A stretch of 64,000 nucleotides of DNA, from NCBI GenBank assembly GCA_951406725.2, contig OX597842.1:5270001-5334000 (forward strand). The letters run 5' to 3'. The notes under the pieces are model-generated. The model made no database searches. It had not been told where the DNA came from and saw nothing but the letters and a program-made list of their open reading frames with translations. The DNA comes from Octopus vulgaris. Taxonomy: Eukaryota. Made by a program: the position numbers and the translations under genes. Shown here in pieces: positions 27,185 to 39,910 of this stretch. Position 1 is the first letter of the stretch. The number at the start of each line of letters is the position of its first letter.

Positions 27185-29170
27185 AGCTTTTCACTACATT
27201 TCAGCTGTTGTACACTCCAGCCATCTTCAGGTATCTTAAGTCAAACTTGGTTGTTGCATCAGAATTCCAAACCTAAGCCCTTATTTGATCCATAGGGGTA
27301 CACTGTTCTCATTTCTCTCCCTGCATTTCGTAACATTCTTTGTTCAGTTGCAAGCTAGTTTCAGATGTAGTTTCTGTCTGTGTGTCACCATTGATATCTC
27401 CAGTAAGCTCCTTTACCAATTGGATGATAACACAATTCCATATTTCTGAGATGAGGAATTTATATTATGTCTCCCAGTTTTTATATTAGTCAAACTGCTG
27501 TCCTCATCTTGATTGTTTGCTTTTCAATACATTTCAATTGTCCTACGCACCAGCCTTCTTCAGGTGTCTTCTGTTGAACCCAGATGTTGTATCAGAATTC
27601 CAAACCTAACCCTTTATTTAATCCAGGGGGTTACATTTTTCTCATTTCTCCCCCTTGCATTTCATGATATTTTCTTGTTTCAATTGGAAGCTAATTTCAA
27701 ATACAATTTCTGTCTATCACCATTGATGTCTTATGTTGGCCTTCTACTAATTGGATAATGCAATTCTATTGGATTGTCTGGAAAGTTCTTGCCGATTTTT
27801 AAAGGAAAGAAAAAGGTCAATAAATACTTGCCATTACATTTTTAATCAACCAAATATGAACCATTTTGTTGCACAATGCGTCTCCATCTTCCCTTTAACT
27901 TGAAAATACCCTCTTCCCAGAATTGAAGTGGTTTCATGGCAAAGAATTCATCAAGGTATCTTTTTATGTCATCCAAGAAATTGAAATTTTTACCATTAAG
28001 ACTATTCTGCAGAGACCTGAATAAGTGGAAATCCAAAGGAGCAATATCTGGTGAATATGGAGGGTGGGGTAATACATCCCAGCCGAGCTGCAGCAATTTT
28101 TGTCTGGTTCCCAAAGCATCAAGTGCCGAAAATGAACTTTCTTTTCTTCCATTTTAAAGGGTCACAGAAATAACACAGGTTATAGGAACATAAACCTTCT
28201 TCCACGAAAAGATTGCTTAAACTGTGCTCTAAATGGAGGTGTAGTCAAATCCTATTTTATGGACTCAACCATGTTCTAAAATAAGTCAAAAGGTAAGCTA
28301 CTATAAATTGGCACGAACTTTCCAAACAACCCAATATATGGAGAAGATGCTGTTATGGAACACATGTGCTAGAAGTTGTTTTCAAGATTTCAATTGAGAA
28401 ATTTTTTTGGTCCTCACTCTGGTTGGCCAAATGAAATTACAAAATCATGAGAATGATGTCTCCTGCTGGTGAATGAAAATGTATTTCTAGGGCTGCTTGT
28501 AGCAGTAACTAACAACATTTGGGAACAATTAACAGAAGATTTTATTGTTTTTTCATCAAAAGACCAACACAGAAAATCCTATTTTATGGACTCAACCATG
28601 TTCTAAAATAAGTCGAAAGGTAAGCTACTATAAATCGGCATGAACTTTCCGGACAACCCAATATATTTTTGAGCTAAAGAATTAAATATTATGTCTACTG
28701 TTTATATTAGTTGAGTTGATGTTCTCGTCTTCATTATGCCTTGGCTGTTGCATGGTCCAGCCTTCATCAGGGGTCTTGTATTGAACTTGGGTGTTGCAGC
28801 AGAATTCCAAACCTAACCCTTTATGAGACCCTCAGACCTTATTCTGCTTTCTGTTTTCCATGACATTTTTTGCTTCGGTTGATTTACCTTATTGCCTTGC
28901 TTAGGATTGAACTCAGGATATCTAGATGACTGCACTGCATTAACCAACATCTTTATCTACTATGGCTGAGGCAAGTGTCTTCCACAATAGCTGTTGGACA
29001 ACCAAAGCCTTGTGAGTAGATGTGGTAGGTAAAGACACTTGCCTCAGCATAGTACATAAAGACATTGGTTAATGCAATGAAGTTACCTAGAGTTTCTGAG
29101 TTCAATTCCAGGTAAGACACTAAGGTAATTCACAAAAAATTCAACTGAAGCAAAAAATGTCACGAAATGC
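27185..29170. mobile_element. Diverged relatives of the tRNA/hammerhead palindromic element (tandem arms, interrupted by a mariner MITE)
   Basis: GAGATGAGGAATT-type termini at about 26540, 27447 and 28670. Minus-strand CTGAAGA-n-GGCTG..GAAATGTA motifs at 27192-27233 and about 27528-27568. Inverted B-box arms 28860-28980 / 29033-29170. Confidence 0.55.
27769..28334 (-). mobile_element. Second mariner deletion derivative (partial third right end at 28577-28662)
   Basis: Same TIRs and YSPDIAP motif. Confidence 0.92.
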
Positions 29171-30791
29171 ATAGAGTGGAATGATCAACTGAAATATCAT
29201 GGCCTAGTGGTTAGAGCAGTGGACTCAGTCGAGGGATCCAATCTCAGACCGGGCAATGTGTGCGTTTATGAGTGAAACACCTAAGCTCCACGCGGCTCCG
29301 GCAGAAGGTAATGGCGAACTTCTGCTGACTATTTTGCCACAACTTTCTCTCACTCTTTCCTCCTGCATCTTGCAGCTCACCTGCAACGGACCAGCATCCC
29401 GTCCAGGTGGGGAACCTATATACCAAGGAAACTGGGAAACCAGCCCTTATGAGCCAGGTGTGGCTAGAGAAGGAACAACCATCTTTTAGATCAATATTAT
29501 TATTATTGTTATTATTATTATTATGGTGGTGGCAAGCTGGCAGAATCATTAGCACATCAGGCAAAATGCTTAGCGGCATTCATCTATCCTTATGTTCTGA
29601 GTTCAAATTCTGCCAAGGTCGACTTAGCCTTTCATCCTTTCAGGGTCAATAAATTAAGTACCAGTGATACACTGGGGTAAATACAATTGACAAGTCCCCT
29701 CTCCATAAATTTCAGGCCTTATGCCTACAGTAGAAAGGATTATTATCATTATTATTATTACTACTACCACAACTATCATTGTTATCATTATTATTATAAT
29801 TATTATCATCATTATTATTATTATAATTATTATTATCATCATTATAATTATTATAATTATTATTATCATCATTATAATTATTATTATAATTATTATTATT
29901 ATTATTATTATTATAATTATTATTATCATCATTATTATTATCATCATTATCATTATTATTATTATTATAATTATTATCATCATCATCATTATTATTATTA
30001 TTATTATTATAATTATCATCATCATCATTATTATTATTCTTATAATTATTATTATTATCGTCATTATTATTATTATTATAATTATTATAATTATTATCAT
30101 CATTACTACTATCATTGTTATTATTATTATTATTATTATTGATATTATTATCGACATCATGATTGTTATTGCTGTTGTTGTTGTTATTGTTGTCAGAGTA
30201 GGTTTTAGGTCAAACTAAGAGCATACCATTAACAGCCGTTATATTTCACTGGAGAATGGCTCCACTCCACAATGAGCACACACACACACACACGCACGCA
30301 CACACACACACACAGCATGTTATGCTACGCTTTCTGTCCACATATATAATTTATTTTCTCTCTTCCAACAGAAAAAACTTTAAAGGTAACACCAACAATT
30401 TTATTTCATTTAATTTCATGATACCTGGCTTTTTTAATCGCAAAGCTTGTGTGTGTGTGTGTGTGTGTGTATGCATGTGTGTTTGTGTATGCACATGTGT
30501 GTGTGAGTGTGTGGATGTATGTGTAGTAGTGTTTTTTTCTTTTTTCATCAACGTGATAATTTCATTATTTTTTCAAACCTAATAATCGTGTGCTGTTCAC
30601 AGAGTTATCAGTAGGTCCCAAATTATATATATGTGTATATATACACATACACGTATGTATCTGTGTGTATAAATATATCACTCGCACATATATCTATATT
30701 GCTATATATACATATATACATTGACACATACACACACATGTTTATAAATGTATATTTATGCATATGTGCATACTCGTATATAGATATATAT

Positions 30792-31200
30792 AGGCGCAGG
30801 AGTGGCTGTGTGGTAAGTAGCTTGCTCACCAACCACATGGTTCCAGGTTCAGTCCCACTGCATGGCACCTTGGGCAAGTGTCTTCTACTATAGCCTCGGG
30901 CCGACACAAGCCTTGTGAGTGGATTTGGTAGATGGAAACTGAAAGAAGCCCATCATATATATATATATATATGTATATGTGTGTGTATTTTTGTGTGTCT
31001 GTGTTTGTCCTCCTTGCATTGCTTGTCAACCAATGCTGGTGTGTTTACGTCCCCGTAACTTAGCAGTTCGGCAAAATAGACCGATAGAATCAGAACTAGG
31101 CTTACAAAGAATAAGTCCTGGGGTCAATTTTCTCGACTAAAAGCCGTGCTCCAGCATGGCCACAGTCAAATGACTCAAACAAGTAAAAGGGTAAAAGGGT
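30792..31200 (+). mobile_element. SINE family A (tRNA head, CORE-like ACCTTGGGCAAGT, internal microsatellite), representative copy
   Basis: Other copies at about 10790-11372(-), 16900-17320(-), 26620-27175(-), 35369-35960(+), 43377-43710, 49214-49780, 51067-51445 and 59567-59950. Confidence 0.9.
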
Positions 31201-31877
31201 ATATATATGTATATATATATAAATTTAATTAAGATTCTGTTGAATTAGGTACTTAAATTGAGGTACCTTGCTAGGTCGGTATAATCCGCACACCCCAACA
31301 ATATTAATTGAATATTGAACGTCAAGACTCCATGCAGGGGTGTTTGTACCTGATATTCCTGCCATGTGTGCAGACAATGCAACCCAGCTAAGGGAAGATA
31401 TCCATTCTTGGTGATTCAGACTTGTACTTTTTACAAAGGTAGTTTCTATAGAATTTCCGAAGTACATCTGTAAATCTTTGTTACTCATACATATGTATAT
31501 GTGTATGTATGTATGTATGTATGCATGTACATATATATGTATATATATATATGTATGTATGTATGCATGCATGTATGCATGTACGTATATATTTATGTAT
31601 GTATGTATGCATGCATGCTGCATGTACGTATATATGTATGTATGTATGCTTGTACGCATGTATGTATATATGGATGTATGTATGTGTGTATATATATATA
31701 TTCATTCATATACAAACACACACACATATATATATATATACATATACACTTGTGCTTGTATGTATGTATATATATATATATATCTGGGTAATCCTATGAA
31801 CCAGTATATATATATATATATATATAATGTATGTATGTATGTATGTATGTGTATATATATGTATGTGTTTGTATGTG

Positions 31878-31916
<39 letters not shown>

Positions 31917-32272
31917 CGGAGTGGTTGGCGTTAGGAAGGGCATCCAGCCGTAGAAACTCTGCCAGATCAGACTGGAGCAGCCCCTGGCTTCCCAGACCCC
32001 GGTCGAACCGTCCAACCCATGCTAGCGAGGAAAACGGACGTTAAACGATGATGATATATATATATATACTGGTTCATAGGATTACCCAGAATTTTGCATC
32101 CATAAAGTGCTTAGCATTACACATGTCTCATGAGACCCTTGTGGTTAGCTATTATTAGAGTCCCTATGAACCGGCCATAATTAATATTCTCTAAATACTC
32201 TTTAACCTAGAGTGTGCTTCTCTATTGGATTTATGATTTACTGATAATACACACACACACATATATGTATAG

Positions 32273-32335
<63 letters not shown>

Positions 32336-32344
32336 TATATTATA

Positions 32345-32725
32345 TTTTTGCAGATAAAATAAGAATAATGAAATTATTGTATACAGTGCTCAGATGCACC
32401 ACAACTTGTCAGAAAGTGCGTATAGAGTATATGCAGTAATGTACAAATGTCTGGAAAGTGAACAGTGTATGAGTCAGATACATGCTTCTGTGTGTATGGA
32501 GGGGAGAAATTTAGGTGTAGTGTTGGCGAATCTCAGGAAGCATGGAAGTTTTGAAGGATGCAGTGCTCTGACAACTAACAACTGATGCCAGCAGTTTGTT
32601 CCATGCTTCAGCAACTCTTAGCATGAAAAAATGTTTCCGAAAGTCATGGGAGCTGTGCTGTTTTCTGACTTTGTAAATATGTCCACAGGTGTTAGACAGG
32701 TAGAGTTTGAAAAGAAGTTTCCAAG
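32345..32725 (-). mobile_element. CR1-like LINE 3' end
   Basis: Frameshifted GHIYKV..RKHFFMLRVAEAWNKL..SFK. Confidence 0.75.
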
Positions 32726-33299
32726 GTTTTTAAATCCTACTTTATTTAAGGGATTCCTTTCATTTCCATATGAATATATATAAATATATATAAATAAAAA
32801 AATCATTGGTTGGATCAATTTATTAAACAGAATCCAATAAATGTCATCAAATAAATGGAACAGATTTGAATGGTAATATGGATTATGTACTTAATTTAAC
32901 CAGACAGCTGTTTCTATCGCAAAAGACCATCTTTCGAGTATACAATCGAAGAATAGGCATTTCAACAAAACTAATACACATTATTATATCAAGTCATTTA
33001 AGGCAGCAAGCTGGCAGAAACGTTAGCAGGCCGGGCGAAATGCGTAGCTATATTTCATCTTTTGTTATGTTCTGAGTTCAAATTCTGCCGAGGTCGACTT
33101 TGCCTTTCATCCTTCCGGGGTCGATAAATTAAGTACTAGTTTCGCACTGAGGTCGATGTAATCAACTTAATCCCTTTGTCTGTCCTTGTTTGGCCCCTTG
33201 TGAGCAGTAAAGAAATATATTAAGTCATTTGGAACTCAACAGTGGATAATAATTAATTATTTTAATATCTAAAGTTAACACCTTTAGTTTTCTTTTTTG

Positions 33300-33700
33300 T
33301 GATGTCTTGCAAACAACTTGCACATACAAGTGCTACCGGTCAAAAACTCCGCATACCGGAAGCCAGCAAGTGTATGGGGTCATCAGGAGAGAATGCACAC
33401 CGTTTCGGGGCCCACCTCTTGACGGCATCAATGCACACCGGCCCCCCTCACTGATATGAGGCCCCGCTTCTTAGATCAGCTGGTTATCAAATAAAGCTCA
33501 ATATTCTTCTAGCTATCGCTCATCGTCTCTTTTAAACCAAATCCAGTGGCTACCTTCTCCACTGTAGATTGAATATCAGTCATGGTGGTATTGACTTTAC
33601 GATGAGTTAGGCCTAGCGATAACAACCGTCGTCTCACACTGTGTCCAGCGAACCCTCTCCATCCGACTTCGATTGGAAATCGGATATATTGATTTTGTTT
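33300..33700 (-). mobile_element. Hero-like (REL endonuclease) non-LTR retrotransposon 3' end
   Basis: FPIEVGWRGFAGHS..LG..VEK then frameshifted HWIWFKRD; 3' UTR CCCGAAAC...CTGATGA. Confidence 0.7.
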
Positions 33701-34820
33701 TCTAACAAATTTATTTCTTTCACTCTCCAAATCTCCAAATTCTAAACCCATTCCATTTTTTTGATGATGTTTATTGGACTGTTTAATAAATTGAGTCTTC
33801 CTATGAATTTCCTATATATATAGCATCAACGAACATGACATTGGTATTTTTTGTTGTCACACCATGAGTTAGCCTTTTTCCTGATCCTTTCTGTACTGTT
33901 CCAGAATTTACTCCTGTGCTGTAGGTCCCCTTTGCAGCACTCTCTATGATGGCTTTGTACTTAGCCCTGGCTCCTTTCTACACTCTAATCCTGTCCCTTT
34001 GGTTGTAGCCAGAGAACTGCATGCAGTGGATGAAGTGTTGTATGTGTCTTTCCAATTCCATATGGTTGCACATGCAAGACACATTCCTCATCACTCTCAC
34101 CAAGTCTGCTATAAGAATATTGAACTTGGCATTGTCTGCAGTACCATATCCACTCACAAGGCTTTGGTCAGCCCGAGGCTATAGTAGAAGACACTTGCCC
34201 AAGGTGCCATGCAGTAGGACTGAACCCGGAACCATGTGGTAAAACTAGTGTAAAAATAAGCAAGGCAAATGAAAATATACAAAATAAAAGATAAAAAATA
34301 AAAAATTAAAAAATAATATATATATATATACTCTTTTACTTGTTTCAGTCATTTGACTGTGGCCATGCTGGAGCACTGCCTTTTAATCGACAACTCGACG
34401 CCGGGACTTATTCTTTTGTAAGCCCCGTACTTATTCTATCGGTCTCTTTTGCCGAATCGCTAAGTAACGGGGACATAAACACACCAGCATCGGTTGTCAA
34501 GCAATGCTAGGGGGACAAACACAGACACACAAACACACCACGCATGCATATATATATATATATATATATCCAAACAAGCTACCAAAGAACATATGACCAT
34601 AGAGAGGAAGTAGGAGATCCAGTAGTTGTTGGCTCTGCAGGCCAGTCTCATTGGTGATCATGTTACTGGGTCCTGTTACTGAGTCAGTAGTCACCTTATG
34701 GTCCTTGCAGAGCCCATACAATTTTGCCAGGATGTTATTATTAGTGGCCTGGAAGTTGTTGGCTGTGCACTTTTTTTTTGGCCCCTAGCATGTTTGCCCA
34801 ATATAATCCTATGAGCAATC

Positions 34821-34998
34821 AGGATCTTCTCTCTCTCTCTCTCTCCTCATATTCCTGTACCATTGTTTCCCTCTTATGGGTGATGTGGGGTTGTATGTTG
34901 ATAGACAGCCTGCTAAACTACATCCAGGGGATGCAACCCCACCTCACCAACATGAGGGAAACAATGGTACGGGAGTATGAGGAAAGAGAGAAGATCCT
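34821..34998. repeat. ~70-bp-arm inverted repeat
   Basis: AGGATCTTCTCTC..GTACCATTGTTTCCCTC / GAGGGAAACAATGGTAC..GAGAAGATCCT. Confidence 0.8.
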
Positions 34999-35057
34999 TA
35001 ATGCTCATATGATGATGTGCTCAAACATCCTAGGCACAAAAACATACTCACATATAC

Positions 35058-35088
<31 letters not shown>

Positions 35089-35205
35089 TACTCATACACA
35101 CACACATACATACATATATTTTTTTTTCATAATGTAACCATATGTTGATTGTTGGCGATTTTTTTACCTCCATGTTCCTTTTCTTCTGGACTTTGCTCTG
35201 TCCCC

Positions 35206-35242
35206 TGTTTCTGAAGAAGAGCTTTGCTCGAAATGTTAAACA
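35206..35242 (+). ncRNA. Minimal type I hammerhead-like motif in a Penelope-type remnant
   Basis: TGTTT-CTGAAGA-a-GAGC ttt GCTC-GAAATGTT-AAACA: perfect 5-bp stem I and 4-bp stem II. Confidence 0.6.
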
Positions 35243-35975
35243 ACCTTTCTTTCCTTCCCTGAGTATCGTATCAATACTTGCATGCACCATGTCCTCACAT
35301 TGTTGTGTTTTTCTTGTATTTTTTCTTCATTTTTTTTATTTATTATATATACATACATACATATATATAGGCGCAGGAGTGGCTGTGTGGTAAGTAGCTT
35401 GCTTACCAACCACATGGTTCCGGGTTCAGTCCCACTGCGTGGCATCTTGGGCAAGTGTCTTCTGCTAGCCCCGGGCCGACCAAAGCCTTGTGAGTGGATT
35501 TGGTAGACGGAAACTGAAAGAAGCCTGTCGTATATATGTATATATACATAGGCGCAGGAGTGGCTGTGTGGTAAGTAGCTTGCTTACCAACCACATGGTT
35601 CCGGGTTCAGTCCCACTGTGTGGCACCTTGGGCAAGTGTCTTCTGCTATGGCCCCGGGCCGACCAATGCCTTGTGAGTGGATTTGGTAGATGGAAACTGA
35701 AAGAAGCCTGTCGTATATATGTATATATATATATGTATGTGTGTGTGTTTGTGTGTCTGTGTTTGTTCCCCTAGTATTGCTTGACAACCGATGCTGGTGT
35801 GTTTATGTCCCCGTCACTTAGCGGTTCGGCAAAAAGAGACCAATAGAATAAGTACTGGGCTTACAAAAAGAATAAGTCCCGGGGTCGATTCGCTCGACTA
35901 AAGGCGGTGCTCCAGCATGGCCGCAGTCAAATGACTGAAACAAGTAAAAGAGTAAAAGAGAGAGAGAAAAGAGCG

Positions 35976-36028
<53 letters not shown>

Positions 36029-36076
36029 ATATAGACTGATAGATAGATAGATAAACAGAGATAGATACATACATAC

Positions 36077-36107
<31 letters not shown>

Positions 36108-36248
36108 ATTATAATTTAGGGTATCTACGAGATACAGCCATGCTGAAAATAGTAGCCAAAATCCAACTCTAAAACCACATTAAATGCCCATACAGCACAA
36201 GGAGAGAAGACAAAAAGATAAATAAATCTAGCAAAAAATTACTGGATA

Positions 36249-36307
36249 ATTCCAGATCCTGGATTTCTGGCTTTGCATTTAGAAATGCTTTGCCTCATCA
36301 GTGGAAT
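36249..36307 (-). ncRNA. Type I hammerhead ribozyme-like motif in a Penelope-type pLTR remnant
   Basis: ATTCCA-CTGATGA-GGC aaa GCATTT ct AAATGC aaa GCC-a-GAAA-TCCAGGA-TC-TGGAAT: 6-bp stem I, intact core, AUC cleavage triplet, one extra A before GAAA. Confidence 0.75.
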
Positions 36308-36904
36308 ATACATAGAAAGAAACATAAATACATATATATATATAAATACAACATACGAATACTAACATATACGAACGTATACATACATATATATGCATGT
36401 ATGCAACATGACCAGTTTAAAATGCCTGTTTCTTAATTCCATGTGCAATATGGTTAAAACATCACCGCAGTAAATACAATTTTAAATTTATATAAATAAG
36501 GATAAGATCGTTAATTTAAATTAAATAACGATCTTATCAAGTGGTCAGCATACACAACTGTATAAAGAAGTGCTAACCACTTAAAGTGGATGGCACCTGT
36601 AGAAGAGGCAGACATGGGATGAAGAAGTAAGGGCCAAGTTCAAGCCATTGAGTTTCACAGAGAAGACAATTATGGACTGAAATGTCTGCCAATATGAGGT
36701 TCTTGAGAAAGCCCACCCACTTCAGCAAAACCCAGTTCTGGAAGTATTGTTTATTAATGAGCTCTACAACCATGGGTTACATTAATTTACCCTAATCAAG
36801 CTATTTATTAATCATTTCTTTAATAATTAATCATCCCTTCGTTTCTTAAACTGATGCATTCTTCTTTTAATTGTAGGTGAGATGGCTTAAAGAAATGCTT
36901 GTTA

Positions 36905-37910
36905 AACAGCCAACCAATCAACAGAGTGCTATTAAGACAATCAACCAATTGCTGTATTGGTAACCAATTGCTGTATTGCTAATTAATTGCTGTATTGCTA
37001 ACCAATTAACTAAATGCTGATTCACTTGTAATCACAAAACTTTGCATTAATGGATTTATTATATAAGATAGCTGATTATCTAATTAACCAAGTAACCAAT
37101 TAATTGCTGTTTAATAATTAATTACTAAATTGCTTCTGAAATAATTGATCCATCAGTGATGATCAGACAAGTAAATGCTTGACCAATTTTAGTTTTGCCA
37201 ACCAAGCAGCCAACAAATTGCTTTGCAAACGAAGAAACTGCTATTGTGCCAATTCAGCCAACAATTTCTTATCAGATAATCAAACAATTGCTGTTTAACT
37301 GTAAATTGTTATTTGAGCAACAACATTGCTATTGTGCCAACTTAAGTGACGATTTCATGTTCGAGAAGTGACCAACTGTGATTTGATCTTGAGTGCATTT
37401 GCTATTCAGACAACTACAAAATAGGTGCTGTGCCTTTCATCTCAGCCAATACTTGTTAGACAACCAATCAGTTGTACTTTTAGCAACTAATTGTTACTCA
37501 GGCAACAATGAAATTATTTTGCTAACTCGCCCAACAATTGCTTAGGGAACCAACCAATTGCTATTCTGTAAATGATAAGTTGCTATTTAGAAAACCAGCC
37601 AATTGCTATTCTGTAAATTGATAAGTTGCTATTCAAACAATTGTTAAGTTGCTATTTAGAGAACCAGCAATTTGCTATTCTGTAAATTGATAAGTTGCTA
37701 TTCAAACAATTGTTAATTTGCTATTTAGAGAACCAACCAATTGCTCTTCAGTAAATTAATATTCAGATGACAAACTAATTGCTGTTTTGAAAACAGAATG
37801 CTATTGTACCAGCCTACAAACCAATTGACTACTTAGCCAAAATAACTAACAAATATCCATTAATCCTACAACAACCAATTGTCATTTTTTGCCAATTTGC
37901 CAATCTTCCA
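36905..37910 (+). repeat. Degenerate CAACCAATTGCT-motif array upstream of the orphan ORF
   Basis: More than 25 AATTGCT-type motifs; ~50-bp units at 37545-37760. Confidence 0.8.
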
Positions 37911-37917
37911 ATCAACC

Positions 37918-38439
37918 ATGTTTCGAATGCTGCAGAATCAGAGCAATGGAAGCAAGCAAACGAATCCATCGGACATAATCATAAACAACTGGCATCTTGA
38001 TGAATGGACTCTGCGTATGAAGAGTAACTTCAAGGGAGAGAAGTGGGCATGCTTCGCATTGATTGGTGTTTTATGCTGTGACGTTTTTCTTGTGCTGAGT
38101 TTGCTGGCGTACAAGGAGGTGTTTACAGGCAAAGTCCGCATCCCGATGATGATCGCTTGCATCTTGCTGACGTGCAGTGGGGTCGTTTACCTCATCATTT
38201 CGTTTTTCATCTACCAACGGAAGAAGAAGGAAACACACAGGATACAGTATGAGAATACTAAGGAATATATGACAACACAACTGTCCTTGGAACGGAAAAT
38301 CGAGAACAGGAATATATACGAAGAAAGCAATCAGCAAATCGTTGCCGAAGAAATAAAACCAGGTGTGATTCTGGGTAAAGTCATCAATAAGGACAAACCA
38401 TTCAAAAACCTAAAGATGAATTTCACAGAAACTGTTTGA
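37918..38439 (+). CDS. Unknown 173-aa protein with two predicted TM helices, single coding exon
   Basis: ACC-ATG start and a non-repetitive ORF. Hydrophobic segments WACFALIGVLCCDVFLVLSLLAY and IPMMIACILLTCSGVVYLIISFFIY are followed by RKKK (positive-inside rule). Upstream splice acceptor at 36875-36876; AATAAA at 42315. Confidence 0.7.
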   Translation: MFRMLQNQSNGSKQTNPSDIIINNWHLDEWTLRMKSNFKGEKWACFALIGVLCCDVFLVLSLLAYKEVFTGKVRIPMMIACILLTCSGVVYLIISFFIYQRKKKETHRIQYENTKEYMTTQLSLERKIENRNIYEESNQQIVAEEIKPGVILGKVINKDKPFKNLKMNFTETV

Positions 38440-39036
38440 AGAAGAATTATTTTGAAGAATTATTTTGAAGAAAAATTATTTTGAAGAAGAATTATTTTGA
38501 AGAAGAATTATTTTGAAGAAGAATTATTTTGAAGAAGTATTATTTTGAAGGAAGAATTATTTTGGAAAAGAATTATTTTGAAGAAGTTTTATTTTGAAGA
38601 AGTTTTATTTTGAAGAAGAATTATTTTGAAGAAGAATTATTTTGAAGAAGAATTATTTTGAAGAAGTATTATTTTGAAGAAAAATTATTTTGAAAAAGAT
38701 TTATTTTGAAGAAGTATTATTTTGAAGAAGAATTATTTTGAAGAATTATTATTTAGAAGAAGAATTATTTTGAAGAATTATTATTTTGAAGAAGAATTAT
38801 TTTGAAGAATTATTATTTAGAAGAAGAATTATTTTGAAGAAGAATTATTTTGAAGAATTATTTTGAAGAAGAATTATTTTGAAGAAGATTTATTTTGAAG
38901 AATTATTTTGAAGAAGAATTATTTTGAAGAAGATTTATTTTGAAGAAGAATTATTTTGAAGAAGAATTATTTTGAAGAAGATTTATTTTGAAGAAGAATT
39001 ATTTTGAAGAAGAATTATTTTGAAAAAGTATTATTT
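38434..39036 (+). repeat. 16-bp minisatellite (TTTTGAAGAAGAATTA)n
   Basis: Roughly 38 units, beginning at the ORF stop codon. Confidence 0.95.
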
Positions 39037-39583
39037 TTCAATTTTGTGCCTTATAATTTAACACACTCACCAGTAAAATTTCTACTTTTTTCTTATTTTT
39101 ATTTTCCTAAAATTTTCGTTGTGCCTTGCACCCCTTTTCAATAGTCTTGACACAACAAAATATGCTTCAACACACGAAATCATATAAAGAATCTTGCAAA
39201 CCAAATCCCAAAACGAAATATTATTTTTCAACTTCTTCCATTAAAATTCCATTCAAATCCCCAGAAAGATGAAATGTGAAGTTGGTCTTCAAGAATGCTT
39301 TATTGGTGTACTTAATCTACCCCAGTATTTCACTGATACTTTATTTTATCAACCCCAAAAGAATGTAAAGTTAGATTTAGTCTTAATATTATAATTCCAT
39401 TCACAACTAGGGTGATTTAGAGATATATTCCTGCTGTAGTATTTCACTACTACTTTCGCTTTCTGAAATAATTCCATTCTTAGCTTTCTGCAATAATTCC
39501 ATTCATATCTAGGATGATTTATAAGAATTTTTTGCATAATGAGATAAAAACTAAGGCTGTATAGATATTAGAGCATTTATAAG

Positions 39584-39635
39584 GTCTTACAGCTGTTTCT
39601 AGGATATTAATTAATAATATCCCTTCATCGGAGAC
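39584..39635 (-). ncRNA. Minimal type I hammerhead-like motif
   Basis: GTCT-CCGATGA-a-GGGATATT..AATATCCT-a-GAAA-CAGCTG-TA-AGAC. Palindromic stem III, GUA triplet, U4C variant. Confidence 0.6.
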
Positions 39636-39639
39636 AATG

Positions 39640-39910
39640 ATTTATCTCTCTCTCTATCCGCTCAGTCGAAGTCGACTCTCGGTTACTCGATGGATCAGTG
39701 TCCTCCAGTCAGTTCTATCCTGGGCCGCTTCTTTCAGATTGGCTATGTCCATTCCGGTATCCCTCTTGATGGTGTCAAGCCAGCAGGTTCTTGGTCGGCT
39801 TCTTCCTCTCTTGCCACTGACCATTCTGAGCATGATGTCCTTCTCCAGGGATTTTCTCCGCATAATATGACCGAAATATGCCAATCTATGCTTGGTGATC
39901 CTAGCTTCTA
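39640..39910 (-). mobile_element. RTE (BovB-like) LINE 3' end
   Basis: YFGHIMRRKSLEKDIML..GKRGRSRPRTCWLD..WRTLIHRVTESRLRL. Confidence 0.88.

Noticed and set aside
33370-33415. GAAAC...CTGATGA in the Hero tail as a type II hammerhead
   Set aside because: The flanks (CCCC and CCCC) cannot form stem II.
38434-39036. Regular array as a possible CRISPR
   Set aside because: No unique spacers, eukaryotic context, no cas genes.
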